Shown here: positions 62,404 through 64,000 of the stretch, piece by piece
Position numbering within the stretch: position 1 is the first letter of the stretch
How the letters are laid out: each line of letters begins with the position of its first letter
Source: Mytilus edulis
Taxonomy: Eukaryota
Direction: 5' to 3'
Length of the DNA stretch: 64,000 bases
NCBI RefSeq assembly: GCF_963676685.1
Contig: NC_092350.1
Location: 28,458,001 to 28,522,000, forward strand
Translations under genes and position numbers: made by a program
Notes under the pieces: generated by a model
What the model was told of the DNA's origin: nothing
The model's database searches: none
Seen by the model: the letters and a program-made list of their open reading frames with translations, nothing else

Positions 62404-62993
62404 CTGTAAACATGTATGTACATAGTCAGTAAAATTTTTCAAGTCTTTCTATTCAATTCAGTAAACCAGAACAAAACCAATGCTGACAATTCAACGAAAG
62501 TTCTATGTCAATTTCGGTTTCACTGATCATGCCAATTTAATATTACATATATATAATATTATAAAAGATTAATATTAAATGAACAGTGATATAAGAATAT
62601 CATGAATATGGCATGTATGTTTTCTTAATTCTCTTTTGAGTCAGCCAATTTTATATTATTGATCACACATTTTTTATCATATAAAAAAATAAGAAGATGT
62701 GGTATAACTGCCAATGAGACAACTCTCCACAGGAGAACAAATGAAATAGAAGTTATCAGCCATAGTTCACAGTACAGTCTTTACTCTTTAACAAAGAGCA
62801 AACCCATACCCCATAGTTAACTTAAAAGCCCCTAAATGACAAATGTAAAACAATTTAAACAAGAAAAAATAAAGGCCTGATTTATGTACAAAATAAAAAT
62901 AAAAGTGATTGATACCTTATATATAGTGTTTCTGATACAAAATGATTTACAAAAGTCCTTTGTCAATACTCAAATTATTAAACAAACTTATAC

Positions 62994-63042
62994 CTAATGT
63001 CCACACAGCTTCATCAGCATGCACAGCTTTATGCAAATCTCC
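62994..63042 (-). CDS. NUDCD2: NUDCD2 internal exon (49 nt); the first exon lies beyond the window
   Basis: GDLHKAVHADEAVWTL (CS/p23 domain), ttccag acceptor, gtataagt donor. Confidence 0.88.
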
Positions 63043-64000
63043 CTGGAAATATAGAAAAGATAAATTGCATCAACTAAAAGTAAGGGACAACAGCAGTGAA
63101 TATCTTGGCAAAAACTGGTGCAACTGATATAAATCAAAGTCTGTAATGATTGTTAAGACATGTAAGAGGCTTAAACCTTTGAGGAACATGTATGGCTGGC
63201 CTTGCATTTATGTACATTTGTATATAACTAAAATGTAGGACTGATTATGAGTACTAGTTTAAGTTATGTTAAGTTTGATTGTGGGAGCTAGAGGTTTAAT
63301 TTAGATTCTTGTAATTATTCAAGTTTTGCTTAAATTCAGGTTTACATGTAAATCAGGCTGTTGCCAGTGTTGGTTTGCTTGTTTGAATTGTTTATGTCTA
63401 TGATATAGTATCAGTTACACTCATTGATGAATGCCATACAGTGATCTATAGTTGCTTACATCCATCATATCCATAACATATCATTTTGATTAAGGTAGAT
63501 AGTAGTCTCATTGGATATCATTCTATATCTCAATTTCATACTTTTGTCTAGCTATGGCTGTTTCTGATGGGAAATATAAAAAAGAAGTGGTTTAATTGCC
63601 AATGAGACAGCTCTTCTCAAGAGACCAAATGACAGATATATATTAACAACTATTAGTCTATCAGAGAATCACAAAAAAAACCTAACAATATACTATATAA
63701 ACAAGGAATTTCTTAGAAACAGACAGTAAAACTTTTGCAAAGATTTACTTTTTATTGGAATTGAAGGGTGGCATACCTCTGCACTAAAAAAAGGTCATGG
63801 TGATCCCTGAAAATGGCAGGTTTTCCTAACTTGAGGATGTCATAAAGTGATGATGTCATGTTCCTACAACATATTTAATTAATAGAAAACTAAGTGTTTT
63901 CCTACAGTCAGGGTACTACTTATACAAGTAATTTTTATTTACTTGAGGAAGTAAAAATAAATATACACATATATAAGTTAATTTGTAGGATACTTGTACA

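Overview
AT-rich eukaryotic genomic DNA. The repeat families suggest a bivalve mollusc, probably a Mytilus mussel (inferred from recognition, not from a search). Host genes: a probable CKAP5/XMAP215 terminal exon (4887-5006, +); a six-exon RING/coiled-coil/multi-TM gene rebuilt by hand (14880->8193, -); three NUDCD2 exons (-); and an intronless TADA2A ORF that begins only 95 nt after the NUDCD2 stop codon, which suggests a bicistronic NUDCD2-TADA2A unit. Much of the rest is mobile DNA. It includes a split-direct-repeat tyrosine-recombinase retrotransposon (PAT/DIRS-like, 1-4739), a full-length AcademX transposon (21335-27347) and a 3'-truncated Gypsy element (30130-34125). A ~17.5-kb autonomous-type Helentron (35352-52858) encodes a herpes-tegument-type deubiquitinase, Rep, PIF1 helicase and AP endonuclease, and sits inside a non-autonomous satellite-bearing copy (HINE) of its own family. 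There are also further nested HINE families, MITEs, a tRNA-SINE, a LINE 3' end and several minimal hammerhead-ribozyme motifs. All coordinates were read by eye and may be off by a few bases.
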